A DNA stretch of 64,000 bases from Lentisphaeria bacterium (GCA_041690595.1 JAWLHB010000008.1:1-64000), one strand, 5' to 3'; numbered from the stretch's first letter, positions 20,121 through 31,599 are shown. Made by a program: numbers and translations. Notes: generated by a model from the sequence alone, not told the origin.

Positions 20121-22007
20121 TCAGGAGCCGCGTTTTTCCTCGAGTTCGGCCCAGCGGCTGAAGCAGGTGTCGTGACGGGCTTTGGCGGCGGCCAGCCGGG
20201 CGGTGAGATCCGCGACGCGGTCGCGATGGCGTTCGTAGAAGTTCGGCGTAGCGAAGGTGGCCTCGATGTCGGCAATCTCCGCGTCGAGCTTGGCGATCTC
20301 TGCTTCAAGGGTCTCCAGTTCGCGTTCCTCTTTCCAGGAGAGCTTTCGGGCGGCAGGGGCAGGCTTCGGCTTGGGAAGGGAAGGCGCGGGGGCCAGCTCG
20401 CGAGGCGGTGCCTCGTTGGGCAGACCATGGTGCTCGATGTAGTAGTCGTAGTCTCCTTCCTGATAGACAACATCACCCTTGCCGCTGAACCCGAGAATGC
20501 CGGTGCAGACACGGTTGAGGAAGTAACGGTCATGGCTGACCACGAGCACGCATCCGCCAAAGCTGGAGAGTCCTTCTTCGAGGACGCGAAGGGTTTCGAG
20601 ATCAAGGTCGTTGGTGGGCTCGTCAAGCAGCAGAAAGTTGCCGCCATACTTGAGGATCTTGGCGAGGAGGAGGCGATTGCGTTCGCCACCGCTGAGACGG
20701 CCAACCTGGGTGCGGATACGCTCGTCGGTGAAGAGGAAACGGCTGAGGTAAGTCCAGAGTGAGACTCGCTGGGCGCCGAGCATGACGAAGTCCTTGCCCT
20801 CGCCCACTTCCTCGAAGACGGTCTTCGTATCGTCGAGGCGCAGGCGTCCCTGGTCGATGTAGTTGAAGCGGGTCTGCTCGCCACGCTCGATCCGGCCGGC
20901 GGAGGGCTGAAGCTCGCCGATAATGAGACGCATGAGGGTGGTCTTGCCGACGCCGTTGGGGCCGACAATGCCGATGCGGTCGCCGGCCTGGATCTCGAGA
21001 TCGAGCCCGGAGAAGAGGCTCTTGCCGGCGAGGGCGATGGAAACGCCATGGAGGTTGAGGATTTTGTCGCTGAGCCTTCCAGGCGGGGGGATGATGAGGT
21101 CGACATCCTCTTCGAGTTCGGGTGCGGCCTTGTCGTTGGCGGCGGCGAATCGCTGGAGGCGGCCCTGGTCCTTGGTGGTGCGCGCCTTGGGTCCGCGCAG
21201 GACCCATTGCAGTTCCCGGCGGAGAAAGCTCTGCCGGCGATGTTCGGACTGGGCGGCGCTGGCGAGCCTGGCGGCCTTGTTTTCCATGTAATCGGTGTAG
21301 TTGCCCTCATGCGAATAGATGGCGCCCTGGCTCAGTTCGAGCATGCGCTGACAGACGCGGTCGAGGAAGTAGCGATCATGGGTGACCATGAGAATGCTGC
21401 CGGGATAGCGCAGCAGTTCGCCTTCGAGCCATTCGATGGCCGCAATATCAAGATGATTGGTCGGTTCGTCGAGGAGGAGAAGATCGGGAGTGCCGAGCAG
21501 GGCGCGACAAAGGGCGACGCGTCGCCGTTCACCACCGGAGAGGGTGCGGACGGAGCGATCGAGATCGGGCACGGCGAGGCGTTCGGCGAGTGCTTCGATG
21601 CGCACCTGCAGGTTCCAGCCATCGGCAACACTGAGGGCGTGTTCGATCGCACTCATGCGCGCATGGGAGGTACCTGGCGCCTCATACTCATGGAGCATCG
21701 CTTCGAGATGGCTGGCGCCGGCGCGGATGTTGGCCTCGACGGTGGCGCTGTCATCCAGTTCGAACTCCTGGGGCAGGTGGCCGATCGCCAGACCGCCGCT
21801 CCGGCTGATTTCGCCGCCATTGGGAGCCATGACGCCGGCCAGGACCTTGAGAAGCGAGGACTTGCCGGAACCGTTGCGACCGATCAGCCCGATGCGTTCC
21901 CGTTCATGGACGGTGATGTCGACTTCGTTGAGGACGATCTGGTTGCCGATATGAAGCGTCAGGCCACGTCCGGAGATGAGGGGCGCGGTCGTTTGCTTTC
22001 CATTCAT
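20121..22007 (-). CDS. ABC-F family ATPase (Uup-like)
   Basis: Two ABC domains (GRNGSGKS, LSGGE, DEPTN; GPNGVGKT, LSGGE), no TM segments, C-terminal KLSWKEEREL coiled coil. Confidence 0.92.
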   Translation of the reverse strand: MNGKQTTAPLISGRGLTLHIGNQIVLNEVDITVHERERIGLIGRNGSGKSSLLKVLAGVMAPNGGEISRSGGLAIGHLPQEFELDDSATVEANIRAGASHLEAMLHEYEAPGTSHARMSAIEHALSVADGWNLQVRIEALAERLAVPDLDRSVRTLSGGERRRVALCRALLGTPDLLLLDEPTNHLDIAAIEWLEGELLRYPGSILMVTHDRYFLDRVCQRMLELSQGAIYSHEGNYTDYMENKAARLASAAQSEHRRQSFLRRELQWVLRGPKARTTKDQGRLQRFAAANDKAAPELEEDVDLIIPPPGRLSDKILNLHGVSIALAGKSLFSGLDLEIQAGDRIGIVGPNGVGKTTLMRLIIGELQPSAGRIERGEQTRFNYIDQGRLRLDDTKTVFEEVGEGKDFVMLGAQRVSLWTYLSRFLFTDERIRTQVGRLSGGERNRLLLAKILKYGGNFLLLDEPTNDLDLETLRVLEEGLSSFGGCVLVVSHDRYFLNRVCTGILGFSGKGDVVYQEGDYDYYIEHHGLPNEAPPRELAPAPSLPKPKPAPAARKLSWKEERELETLEAEIAKLDAEIADIEATFATPNFYERHRDRVADLTARLAAAKARHDTCFSRWAELEEKRGS

Positions 22008-22162
22008 GTGGGGATTCTCGATCTGCTGGGTTCAGGGGGAAAAGAGCTATACGGTACACCCGGTCTGGAGAAAGAGAAGGGCAGAGCCGGTGGCGTATTT
22101 TGCGGGGAGGGGGTACAGTGATCCCGCACGGCAAGCGAATCGTGGTGGAAGCTGAGGGATCA

Positions 22163-25100
22163 ATGGCCATTCGACTCTATTTTTCGAATAATCTGGGGAG
22201 CCTGGCGGAGCGGCTGGCGGAGGAGCTTCGGGAGGAGCGCCGGCAGCGCGACCCGTTTGTGGCCTCGTCGATCATCGTGCCCAACCCGAATCTGAAGAAG
22301 TGGCTTCAGTTGCGGTTGGCGGAAGGAGCGGGCGTCGCGATCAATCTGGAGTTTCCCTTCCTGGAGAAGGGGCTTTGGGAGGTACTCTGTTCGTTGGAGG
22401 GGAGCATCTCGTCACAGGTAGAGTTGCTGACCCAGCAGCGGCTGCATCTGCTGCTGGCGAGTCGGCTGCTGCAGGAGGATCCTGAGCACCCCGGGCTGGC
22501 CCCTTTGCGTAGTTATCTGCTGACCAGCGAGGGGCAGACGCGGCCGGACACCGTGCGGCGAGCCTGGCAACTGGCGGGGCGGCTGGCCATGTACTTTCTC
22601 GAATACGCGTATCAGCGCCAGGAGATGATCGAAGCCTGGCGACGGGGAGAGCTGTCGCGGGATGCCGCCCGAAGCCATGCGGCAAATGTGGAGATGGAGG
22701 CTTGCCAGCGGTCGCTTTACCTGGAGGTCCTTGGGCCGGATGGCTTGCGGGACCGGTGGGCGGCGAAGCAGGGGCGACGCCCGGTGACGCTGCCCGAGCT
22801 GGCGGAACTGACCCTTGGGCGGCAGCAGCGGACGAGAACCAGAGAGCCGCGGCCGCTTCACTTCTTCGGCCTGTCACAGATTTCGCCCTTTCATCGCGAC
22901 CTGCTCCTGCGCCTTTCGGCGAGCCACACCCTGCACATCTACCAGATGAATGTGTGTGCGGAGTTCTGGGAGGACGTGACCAGCGACCATGAGGATCGCT
23001 GGCTACGCCGTCAACGGATCGGGTCGGCGGAGATCATCGAGACGGCGGAGGGGCTGGAGCTGGAGGCGGATCCTCTGGAGAATCCGATCCTGAAATGGTG
23101 GGGCAAGCCTGGCCGGGAGAATCAGCGGCTGTTGAGCGAGCTGGAGGAGCGGAGCAGCGGACATACGCCCTTCGAGTCCTTCTGGCTGGCCACCTCGCCG
23201 GTTCCCTCGCCAGAACCGACCGTGCTGGAGTGGGTGCAATACCAGGTTCTGCGACGAAGTTCGGAGCGTCCGGATCCGCCGCCGCCACAGGATACGAGCC
23301 TGCAGGTCATCGGCGCACCCGGCATCTTCCGGGAGGTCGAGACGGTCTACCACAGTATCCTCGGCAACATGCGGGAGGATCCGGATTTGCTGCTGACGGA
23401 GATCGCGGTGCTGGTGCCGAACATGACCAGCTACCGTCCGGTGATCGATTCGGTATTCAGCGCGGCGGAGCATCCGATTCCATTCAACCTTAGCGATGCG
23501 AACGCGGCGGATGAAAGTGTCTACGGACGTTCGGTACTGGCCTTGCTGGAGCTTGCGGCAGGCTCGTTTACGCGCCGGGAGGTTTTCGAGCTGGTGCTCA
23601 ACCCCTGCTTTCTGGCGGCGGCGCGGCTGACGCGGCAGGAGGCGCTGGTCTGGGTGAAGTGGGTGGATGCACTCAATGTCTTTCACAGCCTCGATGCGGC
23701 AGACAAGAAGGCGCGCGGCTACGGGGATTCGGTGTTGTATACATGGCAGCAGGCCCTGATCCGACTGAGGCTCGGCCGCATCATGGAACCGCCACCGCGC
23801 AAGAGCATGGGACCCACCCCGGACTATCAGCATTACATTCCCTATGCGGATCTGGAGAGCCGCGACACGGAGACGCTGGGCACCTTCTGCAGCGTCCTCG
23901 AAACCCTTTTTGCGGGCTTGCGCGGCTTGACGAAGGCACGGCTTCCGGCAGAGGAATGGCGCGAGCGGCTGCAGGCCATCCTGACAAGTCACCTGCAACC
24001 GCCGGCGGAGTTGCCGGCCGAACGGCAGATCCAGTCGGCGCTTCAGGAAGGGCTCATGCAGCTCGACGAATTTGCGGCATTGCGCGAGTTGCAGGGGGGC
24101 CCGCGGCGGGAAGAGGTGGATCTGGCGCTGGTGGCGGAGCTGATACGGGGCGTGCTGACGGCGATCCCCAGCCGCCATGGCAGCTACCTCAGCGGCGGCG
24201 TGAATATCTCGTCGCTCCGGCCGATGCGACCGATTCCTTTCAAGATCGTCTATGTTCTGGGCCTCGGCGAGGGGGAGTTTCCGGGGATGGCGCAGCAGTC
24301 GACGCTCGACCTTCGGCGGCGGTACCGGCGGATCGGGGACGTGTCGACGCCTGAGGAGAACCGGTACCTCTTTCTGGAAACGATGGTGTCGACGCGTCAC
24401 AAGCTGTACCTGATGTATGTCGACCGGGAGGTATCGAAGGATCAGCTCTTTCATCCATGCTCGGTGGTGAATCAGTTGTGCAGCTATGTGAAAGAGGCGG
24501 TGACGGGGCGTCGCTTCGAGCTGCTGCACATGCCGCTGCAGTCGCACAGCGAGAAGTACCTGCTGCCGAGTCCGGTGGATAGCAGCGACGCCTGGGTGAA
24601 CTTCTCGCGGCAGGCGCGGCTGGTCTGCCTGGCGGACAAGGTGGCGCGCAGCCGCTCGGCGCCCACCGCGGCAGTGGAGCTGCTGCCCGACCCGCTGGTG
24701 GAGTTGAAGGCGCCGGCGATGGTGGAGCGACAGGTGCGCCCCCAGGTGCATATCGGGGAACTGACGCGGCTGTTGCGCAATCCGCTGGAGGCGGCCCTGC
24801 GCCGGCATCTGAACCTCTACGACGATGACGAGTGCGATCCTCTGGTTGACTGCGATGAGCCCTTTTATACCCGCTTCCCGGGCAACGTGCAGTTGGTGAC
24901 CGATGTGCTCTATCAGGCGATGGCGGACAATCAACGGGAGACGGCGGGGATTGCCGAGATCGGCCTGCGCCTGCTGCACCAGAGCTACGATGCCTATCGG
25001 CGGCGCGGGCGGACACCGGATGGTGCCTTCGCGGAGCACGACCGGCGACAGGCGGCGGATCGTCTGAGCGACCGTCTGGCAGGTGGCGGGGATATCGCGG

Positions 25101-25801
25101 CAGAGTCATCGCTTCACCAGTTTGCGGGAGATCGGCGGGTGGCCACCTGCTATCCACTGATCGCGCTTGGCGCCTGTGCCGGAGAAGATGCCCCCGACCT
25201 GGTGCTGCCGGCGGCACGCTTCGACATCGAGATCGCGGGTTGTACGCATGAGGTCGAACTGCACGGGGAGCAGCGCCTCTGCTGGCACCACGCCGGCGAC
25301 GAGAGCTATCATGTGCTGACGATCAACGACGCCAACAAGCCGGCTCGCGAGGCGATAGACAAGAGCCTGCTGGGGCCCTTCCTCTTCTGTCTTGCTGCCA
25401 GGTTGGTTGCGCCGAAAGCCGGAGCAGACTGGTTGGCGGAAAAGGCGTTCACGATCCACGTCGCCCACCGGAAGGGGATCACCTCCACCACCTACAGGTG
25501 CAGCGTGGAGCAGGCAGAGGCCTACCTGCGGCGCCTCCTGACCGACCTGCTCGATCCGCGGCGCTTCGATCTGCTGCCCCTGGAGATCATCAACCAGGCA
25601 AGCAGCAAGCCCTACCTTCCGGAGTGCACCGTGAGCCGGAAGGAGTACGCCGACGAACTCGCGAAGCTCTGCCTGGAGGCGGATGATGGGAGCTTCGGGT
25701 GGACGCCGCCGGAGCTGGTGGCGCTGCTCGATGCGGAGGTTCCCGATGATGCCCAGGAGCTTGTCCGTGAACGCTTTACCCCGATCTATGGCGACAAATG
25801 A
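22163..25801 (+). CDS. recC: Exodeoxyribonuclease V gamma subunit
   Basis: SN.L..LA start, IIVPN, NPIL..WGKPGRE, REVE, MRPIPFK; first of recC-B-D with ATGA overlaps; start re-set to ATG 22163. Confidence 0.9.
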   Translation: MAIRLYFSNNLGSLAERLAEELREERRQRDPFVASSIIVPNPNLKKWLQLRLAEGAGVAINLEFPFLEKGLWEVLCSLEGSISSQVELLTQQRLHLLLASRLLQEDPEHPGLAPLRSYLLTSEGQTRPDTVRRAWQLAGRLAMYFLEYAYQRQEMIEAWRRGELSRDAARSHAANVEMEACQRSLYLEVLGPDGLRDRWAAKQGRRPVTLPELAELTLGRQQRTRTREPRPLHFFGLSQISPFHRDLLLRLSASHTLHIYQMNVCAEFWEDVTSDHEDRWLRRQRIGSAEIIETAEGLELEADPLENPILKWWGKPGRENQRLLSELEERSSGHTPFESFWLATSPVPSPEPTVLEWVQYQVLRRSSERPDPPPPQDTSLQVIGAPGIFREVETVYHSILGNMREDPDLLLTEIAVLVPNMTSYRPVIDSVFSAAEHPIPFNLSDANAADESVYGRSVLALLELAAGSFTRREVFELVLNPCFLAAARLTRQEALVWVKWVDALNVFHSLDAADKKARGYGDSVLYTWQQALIRLRLGRIMEPPPRKSMGPTPDYQHYIPYADLESRDTETLGTFCSVLETLFAGLRGLTKARLPAEEWRERLQAILTSHLQPPAELPAERQIQSALQEGLMQLDEFAALRELQGGPRREEVDLALVAELIRGVLTAIPSRHGSYLSGGVNISSLRPMRPIPFKIVYVLGLGEGEFPGMAQQSTLDLRRRYRRIGDVSTPEENRYLFLETMVSTRHKLYLMYVDREVSKDQLFHPCSVVNQLCSYVKEAVTGRRFELLHMPLQSHSEKYLLPSPVDSSDAWVNFSRQARLVCLADKVARSRSAPTAAVELLPDPLVELKAPAMVERQVRPQVHIGELTRLLRNPLEAALRRHLNLYDDDECDPLVDCDEPFYTRFPGNVQLVTDVLYQAMADNQRETAGIAEIGLRLLHQSYDAYRRRGRTPDGAFAEHDRRQAADRLSDRLAGGGDIAAESSLHQFAGDRRVATCYPLIALGACAGEDAPDLVLPAARFDIEIAGCTHEVELHGEQRLCWHHAGDESYHVLTINDANKPAREAIDKSLLGPFLFCLAARLVAPKAGADWLAEKAFTIHVAHRKGITSTTYRCSVEQAEAYLRRLLTDLLDPRRFDLLPLEIINQASSKPYLPECTVSRKEYADELAKLCLEADDGSFGWTPPELVALLDAEVPDDAQELVRERFTPIYGDK

Positions 25802-28800
25802 GTAAGTCCGTGACCAATCTGGAAGAGATCGACCTGGATCGCCACGCGGTCATCGAGGCGTCGGCGGGTACGGGCAAGACGTATACGATCGAGAACCTCG
25901 TGGTGCGGATCCTGGTGGAGAAGGCGCTGCCGATCGAGCAACTGCTGGTGGTGACCTTCACCGAGAAGGCGACCGGAGAGCTGCAGGCGCGCATCCGGGC
26001 GAAGATCGAAGCGCAGCTTCAGCTCATGCCGACGAACGGGCATCTGCGGCAGGCACTGGATTCCTTCGACAACGCGTCGATCCACACAATCCACGGCTTC
26101 TGCCAGCGCCTGCTCACGCAATATGCTTTCGAGAACAGTGAGTCGTTCGAGCATGAGGTCGTGGACGACCGGCCGATTCACACGCGGATGCTGCATGAGG
26201 TGATGCGGCGCCAGTGGCCGCATACCTATGGAGCGGAGTTGCCGGACCTCCTGGCGCTGACCGACTATCCAGGGGCGGGTTTCGACGAGAGCAGCTGGGA
26301 GCGGGATGTTGCCAACCTGTGCCAGAAGTTTCGGCCGCAGTGCGGGGACCGTCTGCTGCCGGACATCCATGAGATCAACGTACAAAGCGCCAGCCAGACA
26401 CTGCGCCGGCATCTGGATGCCATCCAGGAGGTGGTCGGCGCAGTCGATCCGCAATCGCCGTCGAGTAGCGAATTCTATCAGCTCTACACGAGCTTGCCGG
26501 TCAGCGGCCGCAGCCTCAATACGGTGCTCAACCGCATCCTGGTGCCGGCGCTCAAGCTGATCCTTGCTCATCAGAAGGGCGAGGCGACGCTGGCTACGTA
26601 TGCCGCCTGCCTCCATGCGTGCAGCCAGAACGACAAGTTTGTCAGCGAGGGATTCGAGCGGCTGCAGAGCGTGCTGACCTCGGCCAAGGATCGACCGGAG
26701 CACCAGCCGGGGCTGAAGCGGCTGCAGCGCCTGATCGAGCGGTTGGATGCATTGCATCGGGAGATCGACCTTCATGCACTCTGCGGAGTGCTCAAGATCG
26801 AGACGATCGAGGCCTTGCGCGAGGAAGTGTGCCGCTACAAGAGCGAGCGGGGCTTCATCAGTTACAATGACATGCTGGAGCTGGTGCGGCAGGCGCTCGA
26901 CGAGAGGGTCAACCCGCAGGCGGGCAATCTGGTGACGACCCTGCGGCGACGCTACCGCTACGCGCTGGTGGACGAATTTCAGGACACGGATCCGATCCAG
27001 TGGGAGATCTTCCGGACGCTCTTCATCGGCAGCGACGAGCACCGTCTCATGCTGATCGGCGATCCCAAGCAGGCTATCTACGGCTTTCGCGGCGCGGATG
27101 TTCATACCTATCTGCGCGCCCGGGACGAGTTGCTCCACGACTGTGATGCCGGCAACTACACGCTGCCGATCAACTATCGCGCCCGGGCGCCGCTGATCGA
27201 CGCCTGCAACACCGTCTTCTCGTCGGATTACTGGTTCGAGCCAAAGGCGGCAATCGGCTTCGAGCCGGTACAGGCGCCGGCGACGAATCCGCTGGTGCCG
27301 CGGCTCGAGTCGAGCGATCAGACGGGTCGAGCGGCGCTGGTGCGGGTGCGGCTGGCGGATGACCAGACAGCGAAGGCAAATCGCGAGCGCTTTGCCCGTT
27401 TTGCCGCGGCGGAGATCGGCGCGCTCCTGGCGCAGCCCCATATCATCCAGTTGCCGGACAAGGAGAAGGGGGAGTTGCGAGAGCTTCAGGCGGACGACAT
27501 CTGCCTGCTGGTGCGCAAGAGCAGCGAAGCGCTGGTGGCGGAGCGGGTGCTGGCGGATGCAGGCATCCCGACCTCGCATTACAAGAAGAGTGGTCTTTAC
27601 CAGAGTGCGGAGAGCCTGCACCTGATCCATGTGCTGGATGCGATCGCGCGGCCGGACGATCCTGGGGCCTTTCGGAAAGCGCTGCTGACCCGCTGGTTTC
27701 GCGTGGCACCCGCCGACCTGCCGGGTTATGAAGAGCTGGCGGCGTCGCACCCGGTGCGCCTGATCATGGAGCGGTGGGTGCAACTGGCGAGCGAGCGGAA
27801 GTGGCCGAGCCTCTGCCGACACCTGCTGCACGACACAGGTCTGCTCCGCCGGGAGATCGCGGAGCCCGACGGCGAGCGGCGGGTGGCCAATTACCATCAC
27901 CTGCTGCAGGAGCTGCAGTTGCGGGCGGAGGAGCGCAACCTGGATACCGGGGGCATTGTGGAGTACCTGCGCCGGCTCCGCAAACGGGCGGCTATCGCTG
28001 AAAACGACAGCGATCTCCACCGGCTGGAGACGGAGCGGCCCAAGGTCCTGATCATGACGATGCACGCGAGCAAGGGGCTGGAGTTCCCGATCGTCTTTCT
28101 GGCGGGAGGCTTCACCGAAGGGACCCATTGCCAGTATTACACCTTCCATGACGAGCAGAAGCACCTGGTCTACGACTTGAACAAGGAGGCCGAGAACAAG
28201 CTTCACCATCTGCAGGAGGAAGCGGCGGAGTTGCGCCGGCTCTACTATGTGGCCTTCACCCGCGCCTCGCACCGGCTGTACGTACCGTGGTTTCCCGCGT
28301 CAGCGGCACGCCGTTGCGGTCCCTTGGGGGAGTTCATCCGCCTGGCGCTGGATCAGGAAGCGCTGACGCCGGCGGTCTCGTGGCAACAACCGCTGCATCT
28401 GCCTCCCGCGGACGAACGCGCGGCGACCTCGGCGGCCGCGGCGGAGGCGGCCTTTCCGGAGCCTCTGCTCCCGCCGGAACCACCGGATCTGTGGTCGCGG
28501 CGGCTGCGGGTGGAGTCGTTCAGCAGCCTCCACACGCATCAGTTCCACGGGGCGGCGGAAGGGGCGCTGGCGCGGGCGACCGACGCGCTGCAACGCACCT
28601 ACGAAGATCACACGCTGCGGATCGAGGATGAAATCGCCCACCCGGATTCCATCCCGGGTGGCAATTCGGTGCTGCCGGCCGGCACGCGCACGGGATCGCT
28701 GCTGCACGACCTTCTGGAGAAGGTGGATTACGGGGAGGTGGCGGCAGCCGCTTCCGCCGCCGTCCTGCTTGCTTCGCCGGCCATGCGCCTGCTGCTGGAC

Positions 28801-29322
28801 CAGTGCATCGAGCGCTACCAGCTTACCGCCAGGATGGAAGCCGCGGAGGCGGATCGATGCCGTGAAGAGATTGTCTCCATCGTCTGGCGGAGCCTGCGGA
28901 CTCCGCTTCAGGATGGGCTGCGCCTCTGTGACCTGCCCCCCTCAGATCGGCTGCATGAGCTGGAGTTCTATTTTCCGGGTCCCATCACCGATGCGGAGGC
29001 CATTCCCGAGGTCCGGCTGGGAGAAGACGGCTTCATTCACGGGTACATCGACCTGCTCTTCCGCTGGCGTAACCAGTTGTACATCCTGGACTGGAAGTCG
29101 AACCTTCTGGCTGAAGGCTATGATCGGGTTGCCTTGGATCGGGCGATGAACGATGCCAACTATCACCTGCAGTACAGGTTGTACAAGGTGGCGGTGGAGC
29201 GCTGGCGTGAAGGGCTGCAGGGTGCGCCGCGCTTCGGCGGCATCTATTATCTCTTTCTGCGCGGGATGAATGGCAAGGATTCGAGCAGCGGGGTCTTTCA
29301 TGTTTCTGGAGGTGGGTCATGA
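25798..29322 (+). CDS. recB: Exodeoxyribonuclease V beta subunit (UvrD helicase plus nuclease)
   Basis: EASAGTGKT, VDEFQDTD, IGDPKQAIYGFRGAD, MHASKGLEF, YVAFTRA, nuclease GYIDLLF..LDWKSN. Confidence 0.95.
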   Translation: MSKSVTNLEEIDLDRHAVIEASAGTGKTYTIENLVVRILVEKALPIEQLLVVTFTEKATGELQARIRAKIEAQLQLMPTNGHLRQALDSFDNASIHTIHGFCQRLLTQYAFENSESFEHEVVDDRPIHTRMLHEVMRRQWPHTYGAELPDLLALTDYPGAGFDESSWERDVANLCQKFRPQCGDRLLPDIHEINVQSASQTLRRHLDAIQEVVGAVDPQSPSSSEFYQLYTSLPVSGRSLNTVLNRILVPALKLILAHQKGEATLATYAACLHACSQNDKFVSEGFERLQSVLTSAKDRPEHQPGLKRLQRLIERLDALHREIDLHALCGVLKIETIEALREEVCRYKSERGFISYNDMLELVRQALDERVNPQAGNLVTTLRRRYRYALVDEFQDTDPIQWEIFRTLFIGSDEHRLMLIGDPKQAIYGFRGADVHTYLRARDELLHDCDAGNYTLPINYRARAPLIDACNTVFSSDYWFEPKAAIGFEPVQAPATNPLVPRLESSDQTGRAALVRVRLADDQTAKANRERFARFAAAEIGALLAQPHIIQLPDKEKGELRELQADDICLLVRKSSEALVAERVLADAGIPTSHYKKSGLYQSAESLHLIHVLDAIARPDDPGAFRKALLTRWFRVAPADLPGYEELAASHPVRLIMERWVQLASERKWPSLCRHLLHDTGLLRREIAEPDGERRVANYHHLLQELQLRAEERNLDTGGIVEYLRRLRKRAAIAENDSDLHRLETERPKVLIMTMHASKGLEFPIVFLAGGFTEGTHCQYYTFHDEQKHLVYDLNKEAENKLHHLQEEAAELRRLYYVAFTRASHRLYVPWFPASAARRCGPLGEFIRLALDQEALTPAVSWQQPLHLPPADERAATSAAAAEAAFPEPLLPPEPPDLWSRRLRVESFSSLHTHQFHGAAEGALARATDALQRTYEDHTLRIEDEIAHPDSIPGGNSVLPAGTRTGSLLHDLLEKVDYGEVAAAASAAVLLASPAMRLLLDQCIERYQLTARMEAAEADRCREEIVSIVWRSLRTPLQDGLRLCDLPPSDRLHELEFYFPGPITDAEAIPEVRLGEDGFIHGYIDLLFRWRNQLYILDWKSNLLAEGYDRVALDRAMNDANYHLQYRLYKVAVERWREGLQGAPRFGGIYYLFLRGMNGKDSSSGVFHVSGGGS

Positions 29323-31448
29323 AGGACCATAAGGCGGTGTATGGGCAGCTGCTCGCTCTGGGTGTCTTCGATGAGCGAGACGGCGAGGTGGCGGCGCTGC
29401 ACCGCTCCGCACTCGAAGAGCTGGAGCTGACCCTGCTGGACTACCTGACGCTTCGCGACCTGCTGCTGCTGTCGCGGACGAGCGGGGCCGCCGCCCATGC
29501 CATGCTGCTGGCGATGTTCACGGCGCTTGGCGAGGGGAGCCTCTGCCTGCCGCTCGAGCCGCGTCTTCTGCGTGAACGGCTGGCGCGCTTTGCCGGGGAG
29601 AAGGCGGAAGGCCTTGCCGAGCAGATCATCGCGCGGCTTGTCGGGAATGAGTGGGAGAGGCTGGTGGCACCGGACGTCGAGAGCTACATGCCTCTGGTTC
29701 TGCATGAAAGCGATCAGCGGCGCTTCCTGTACTTCCACAAGTACCGTCTCTTCGAGCAACGGCTGGAGGAGCGTCTGCGCACGCTGCTGGGCAGCCCGCC
29801 CGCGCCGCTGGCGCCGATTCCAGAACTGGCGGTGACGCTGCGGGAGGTGCTGGAGGAGCGGCCGGTGATGCTGAATGGCAAGCCAATGCTGTTCAACGAT
29901 GCGCAACGGCGCGCGGTCGCCCTGCCCCTGCTGCGGGACATGGTGATCATCTCCGGTGGTCCGGGGACGGGAAAGACGTCGATCGTGGTGGCCTTGCTGC
30001 GTACGCTGATTCGGAGCGGCATTCCGGCATCGGAGATCCGGATGGCGGCCCCCACGGGACGGGCGGCGCAGCGGCTGAGCGAGTCGCTCGCCAAGAGCCT
30101 TCAGTCAATCGAAGGGGAGCTGGTGGAAGCGGATCGGGAGGTGAGCCTGGTCAGCAGCGAAACCCTGCACCGCTTGCTGCGCTACGTGCCGAGCCAGAAT
30201 CGGTTTCGACACCACGCCGGCAATCCGCTGACGGCGCGGGTGATCATCATCGATGAGGTCTCGATGGTCGACGTCAGCATCATGGCGCAGTTGCTGGAGG
30301 CGCTGGCGCCGGGCACACGCCTGGTGCTGCTGGGGGATAAGGATCAGTTGCCGTCAATTGAAGCGGGAGCGGTGCTGGCGGAGCTGATTCCGCACGACGC
30401 GAACCAGCACTTCAGCCCTGCATGTCTGGCGCAACTGGCGGAGCTGCTGCCGGAAAGCGCGCCCCCGCCGCCGGTGGACTCCGCCCTGCCGACGGTGGAT
30501 CGGATCGTCATCCTGCGGCACACCTATCGGTCTCAGGACGAGATCCTGCAGGTGGCGCGCCAGATCAACTTGCAGCAGCTGACGGTGATCGACCGGATCC
30601 CGCGCCTGGAACAGCCGGATTCGTTGAGCGACAACCTCTTCACCATGTCGGGCTGTCATTTTCGCGACCTTGGGGAGGAGGCCGGCAAGCGCTGGGAAGC
30701 GCTGCTGGCGACGTGGGCGCACTGGCACTATGGTCGCGGCATAGCGCTGCCAGGGAGCCCAACCTATCGCGAGCTGGTGCTGGCGAGCCGGGAGGTGGCG
30801 CTGGATATCTCTTTCATTCCGATAACCGATCCGGCGGGCGAGCTTTTGTCGCAGCTCTTCCGGGCGCTGCAGGCGGGGCGTGTGCTGACGCTGGTGCGCC
30901 ATGGTCCCTTCGGCGCGACAGGCGTCAGCAATCACCTGGCAACGTTGCTGCGGCCGGTGCTCGATCCCCATGGCCGAGGTCACTACTTTGCCGGCTGTCC
31001 GATCATGGTCATGCGGAACGATCATCAGCGGGGGCTGTACAATGGGGACGTGGGCATTGTGCTGAGTGGGCGTGACGCGGTCTGCCGGGCGCTCTTTGCG
31101 CGCGGCGACGGGTGGTACGTGTATGCCTTGAACGCGCTACCGGCGAATGAGCTGGCCTTCGCGACGACGGTCCACAAGAGCCAGGGGTCGGAGTACGATC
31201 ATGTGCTGCTGGCGCTGCCGCCGGTGCCGGGCCATCGGCTGCTCTGCAAGGAGATCCTCTATACGGGGCTGACCCGGGCGCGAACGCTGGCGGTGATCTG
31301 CGCCACGCCGCTGGTCTTCCAGCAAGCCCTGCGCCGGACGATCGACCGGCAATCGGGGCTGGATATCTGGCACCGCCCGGTCCCGACGCCGATGCATGAG
31401 CGGGCGGCGCTTCGCCACACGCACAGCCTGCCGCTTTTCGATTCCTGA
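29319..31448 (+). CDS. recD: Exodeoxyribonuclease V alpha subunit
   Basis: SGGPGTGKT, APTGRAA, IDEVSMVD, GDKDQLPS, TVHKSQGSEY, LYTGLTRA. Confidence 0.95.
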   Translation: MKDHKAVYGQLLALGVFDERDGEVAALHRSALEELELTLLDYLTLRDLLLLSRTSGAAAHAMLLAMFTALGEGSLCLPLEPRLLRERLARFAGEKAEGLAEQIIARLVGNEWERLVAPDVESYMPLVLHESDQRRFLYFHKYRLFEQRLEERLRTLLGSPPAPLAPIPELAVTLREVLEERPVMLNGKPMLFNDAQRRAVALPLLRDMVIISGGPGTGKTSIVVALLRTLIRSGIPASEIRMAAPTGRAAQRLSESLAKSLQSIEGELVEADREVSLVSSETLHRLLRYVPSQNRFRHHAGNPLTARVIIIDEVSMVDVSIMAQLLEALAPGTRLVLLGDKDQLPSIEAGAVLAELIPHDANQHFSPACLAQLAELLPESAPPPPVDSALPTVDRIVILRHTYRSQDEILQVARQINLQQLTVIDRIPRLEQPDSLSDNLFTMSGCHFRDLGEEAGKRWEALLATWAHWHYGRGIALPGSPTYRELVLASREVALDISFIPITDPAGELLSQLFRALQAGRVLTLVRHGPFGATGVSNHLATLLRPVLDPHGRGHYFAGCPIMVMRNDHQRGLYNGDVGIVLSGRDAVCRALFARGDGWYVYALNALPANELAFATTVHKSQGSEYDHVLLALPPVPGHRLLCKEILYTGLTRARTLAVICATPLVFQQALRRTIDRQSGLDIWHRPVPTPMHERAALRHTHSLPLFDS

Positions 31449-31599
31449 GGGGGGTCGCGAAAGAGTATCCGTGATTCAGCAACAAGTGGGCCTGTGAAGG
31501 TGGCGGAAGGCATCTATAGTATGCGACTGTCAAGAAGCGCCGTCATCCGATTTGGGATAGTCTGGCCATCAACGCGATGAAACGCAAGGAGCCGATCCA

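Noticed and set aside
22163..31448. recCBD as a novel helicase/nuclease defence system
   Set aside because: Canonical motifs and order of ordinary RecBCD
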